From Propionibacterium ruminifibrarum (GTDB lineage Bacteria > Actinomycetota > Actinomycetes > Propionibacteriales > Propionibacteriaceae): DNA of 32,000 nucleotides. The stretch's first letter is position 1, and each line of letters begins with the position of its first letter. The notes beneath the pieces were generated by a model that saw only the letters and a program-made list of their open reading frames with translations, was not told the origin of the DNA and searched no databases. Below are positions 30,049-32,000 of this stretch, piece after piece. Both the position numbers and the translations under genes were made by a program. The DNA lies in contig NZ_OMOH01000004.1 of assembly GCF_900289195.1 (NCBI RefSeq), forward strand, positions 324,456-356,455. Reading direction: 5' to 3'.

Positions 30049-31884
30049 TCATTCCTGCTGGCCGTTGTTGGCCGCCCAGAACCGTTCGGCCTCGTCGCTG
30101 CGGCCCTCGCGGTCGAGCCAGTTGGCGCCGAGGGCGGCGAACTCGCCGCGCAGCCGGGCGTCCTGCATCCGATCGGCCAGCTCCATTCCGGCCGCGATGT
30201 CGGTGAAGGCGCCGCGCTCGTCGTTGACGGCCAGCCGGATTCGGGCGCGCAGGTCGAGTGTCGAGGCCGCGAACTCCTCGTTGCCGTGGGCGAGGATCTG
30301 CTCGGGCGCGTCACCGAGCTCGCTCAGGGCCTGGTCGTAGGCGCGGTGGGTGGCCAGCAGCCGCACCCGGTCGATCGCGACGTCGAGCATCGTCATCTCG
30401 GTGTCGATGTTCGTCCGTTCCGCGAACTCGGTGTCGGCCAGCACCCGGTCGCGCAGCGTCTGACCGGCCTCCGCCGCCTCGGCGTGCACGGCCAGGCCGG
30501 CGTCCAGTCCGTCGGCGTCGGCCGCCGCCCACATGCGGCGGCGCTGCAGTCTCAGCAGTTCCATCTCGTCGCCGGCGGCGCGGGCCTGCTCGACGGCCTG
30601 GGTGTACGCCCGCAGCGACTCGACCGCATCCGCATCGCGCAGTTCGTCGCCGACGATCCCGAGCAGGAAGGCCGCGGCTCCCGGGGCGTCCAGCTGCTGG
30701 GCGTCGGCTGCGCCGCGGCGGGCCAGCGAGACGGCCCGGTCGCTCTCCCCCAGCGTCTGGCACAGCCGGGCGCCCATGTGCAGCAGGTTGGCGCGCTGGT
30801 AGAGCATCTGGTCCGGGCTCCAGGACACGTACGGGTCGTCGGGGATCTCCAGGTCCGCCAGGGCCTGCTCGACGATCTCGATGGCCTCCACGGTCCTGCC
30901 CTGGCGCATGAGCAGGTCGGCCAGGTCCCACCGGACGTTGGTCACGACGGCCCTCCTGCCGGAGGCCTGGGCGGCGGCGAGTGCCCTCTGGTAGTAGTGC
31001 TCCGCCTCGGGGGCGTCGCCGCACGTCTCGCTCATGAGCGCCCGCTGGCCCAGTGCGTTGGCGAGGAAACCGATCGTGCCCATCCGCGAGTGGTACTCGA
31101 TGAGCCTGTCGCACACCGCCATCGCCTCGTCGCGCTCGTCCGCGTTCCACAGGGTCGAGATCCTGGACATGCCCAGGTGCTGCCTGATCGAGGGGAATTC
31201 ATCGGGGTCGGGGAAGTAGGACTCCACCTCGCCCCAGGTGCTGTGCACCAGGTCGGGCGCCGAACCGGCCTGCAGCAGCAGGTGGCCGAGGGCATTGCGT
31301 TCCCGGGGCTCGGAGCCGGGTGTGACCCCCAGCGCGAGCAGTTCCTCGCGGCGCTGCCGGCAGGCCTCCGGGGAGTCGGCGTCGAGCGGCGTGTGGTTGA
31401 GCGCCGACAGGACACGGCCGGGTGAGCCCGTGGCGCGGATGCGGGCGAGCAGTTCGTCAGCACGATCCTGGTCGTGGGTGATCGTCATGGCCAGCCAGTA
31501 CTCGACACCGAGCGCCCTGTCGGGTCGACCACTGGCCTGCAGCAGGCGGATGCCGGTCTCGTTGCTCTCCAGTTCGGCCGAGACCCGCAGGTCGGGGTCG
31601 AGGCCGGTGATGTTGAGCTCGGCGAGCGCGACCTGCTCCTGGAAGTCCGGGTCATCGCTGATGTCGGCCTGCTCGATCGCCTTCTCTCGCAGCTCGCGCC
31701 AGCGCGCCAGCAGGGCACGCTCTGCGCTGAGCCCTCCCCAGCGTACGATGCGGTCGGCCAGCCCCATGAGATCCATGACGCCGGCGTCCGCGATCTCGTC
31801 CGGCCCGGGAGACAGCGGGTGCTGCGAGTCGCCGTCGGGGGCGAAGACGCTGCGGGATCCGGCGACGCCCGGGGTGAGGGGCAT
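30049..31884 (-). CDS. Large soluble alpha-helical (TPR-like) protein of unknown function
   Basis: ORF 30049..31977. I prefer the ATG at 31884 (MPLTPGVAGS...), because codons upstream of it lose the G/C third-position bias. The body is Ala/Leu/Asp/Glu/Arg-rich with recurring helical-repeat-like segments (AEHYYQRALAAAQASG, AIEIVEQALADL, SLRAYTQAVEQARAAGD). I recognise no catalytic motif. Confidence 0.65.
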   Translation of the reverse strand: MPLTPGVAGSRSVFAPDGDSQHPLSPGPDEIADAGVMDLMGLADRIVRWGGLSAERALLARWRELREKAIEQADISDDPDFQEQVALAELNITGLDPDLRVSAELESNETGIRLLQASGRPDRALGVEYWLAMTITHDQDRADELLARIRATGSPGRVLSALNHTPLDADSPEACRQRREELLALGVTPGSEPRERNALGHLLLQAGSAPDLVHSTWGEVESYFPDPDEFPSIRQHLGMSRISTLWNADERDEAMAVCDRLIEYHSRMGTIGFLANALGQRALMSETCGDAPEAEHYYQRALAAAQASGRRAVVTNVRWDLADLLMRQGRTVEAIEIVEQALADLEIPDDPYVSWSPDQMLYQRANLLHMGARLCQTLGESDRAVSLARRGAADAQQLDAPGAAAFLLGIVGDELRDADAVESLRAYTQAVEQARAAGDEMELLRLQRRRMWAAADADGLDAGLAVHAEAAEAGQTLRDRVLADTEFAERTNIDTEMTMLDVAIDRVRLLATHRAYDQALSELGDAPEQILAHGNEEFAASTLDLRARIRLAVNDERGAFTDIAAGMELADRMQDARLRGEFAALGANWLDREGRSDEAERFWAANNGQQE

Positions 31885-32000
31885 GGGGGTTAGGTGTTGT
31901 GGGTCATGACGTTGTGGGCGCTGGGGGTGGGGAACGGGTCTCTGTCCGGCACGATGGGTGGTGCTGAAACCGTTCATCTGTTGACAGGAGACCCGTTCCA

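Noticed and set aside
23869-31425. Long plus-strand ORFs 23869..25740 (623 aa), 27423..29246 (607 aa) and 29590..31425 (611 aa).
   Set aside because: Each spans several well-supported genes, either on the other strand or out of frame with the CoA-transferase gene. Their products are Arg/Pro/Gly-rich and lack domains. These are alternative-frame artefacts.

Overview
High-GC actinobacterial chromosomal segment. The gene content looks Propionibacteriales-like, but I cannot verify taxonomy. All calls come from reading the sequence and the supplied ORF track; no searches were run. The ORF track translates GTG and TTG starts as M, so several starts were re-trimmed by hand.

Gene order, left to right:
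- cydA-cydB-cydD, the cytochrome bd oxidase cluster, on the minus strand. cydD runs off the left edge.
- A stand-alone DEDDh 3'-5' exonuclease.
- Six consecutive same-strand paralogous genes (4495-12162, about 7.7 kb). Each encodes a single-pass membrane protein with a Pro/Gln/Gly/Trp-rich N-terminal tail and a roughly 290-aa ectodomain with four conserved Cys. I do not recognise the family.
- A P-loop kinase whose only plausible start overlaps the last paralog, then an FKBP isomerase.
- A minus-strand run: an acidic hypothetical protein; a two-component system split by an ABC-2 transporter (RR, ATPase, permease, sensor-less HK); and a csoR-copZ-copA copper operon.
- A 650-bp csoR/dnaB divergent spacer, followed by dnaB. 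The spacer carries a 40-bp perfect palindromic CsoR-type operator, two inverted pairs of consensus DnaA boxes flanking an AT-rich island, and a hairpin with a T-tract.
- Minus-strand genes for an arginase-fold protein with an altered metal motif, an SGNH hydrolase and a MacB/FtsX-type ABC pair.
- cysE, a CoA-transferase, an acylphosphatase and a large TPR-like protein.

No rRNA, tRNA, CRISPR array, transposase or integrase was found.

The best candidate for something undescribed is the six-gene paralog array. Near-identical nucleotide blocks alternate with hypervariable segments, which suggests gene conversion. The second candidate is the DnaA-box, AT-rich and hairpin architecture upstream of dnaB.
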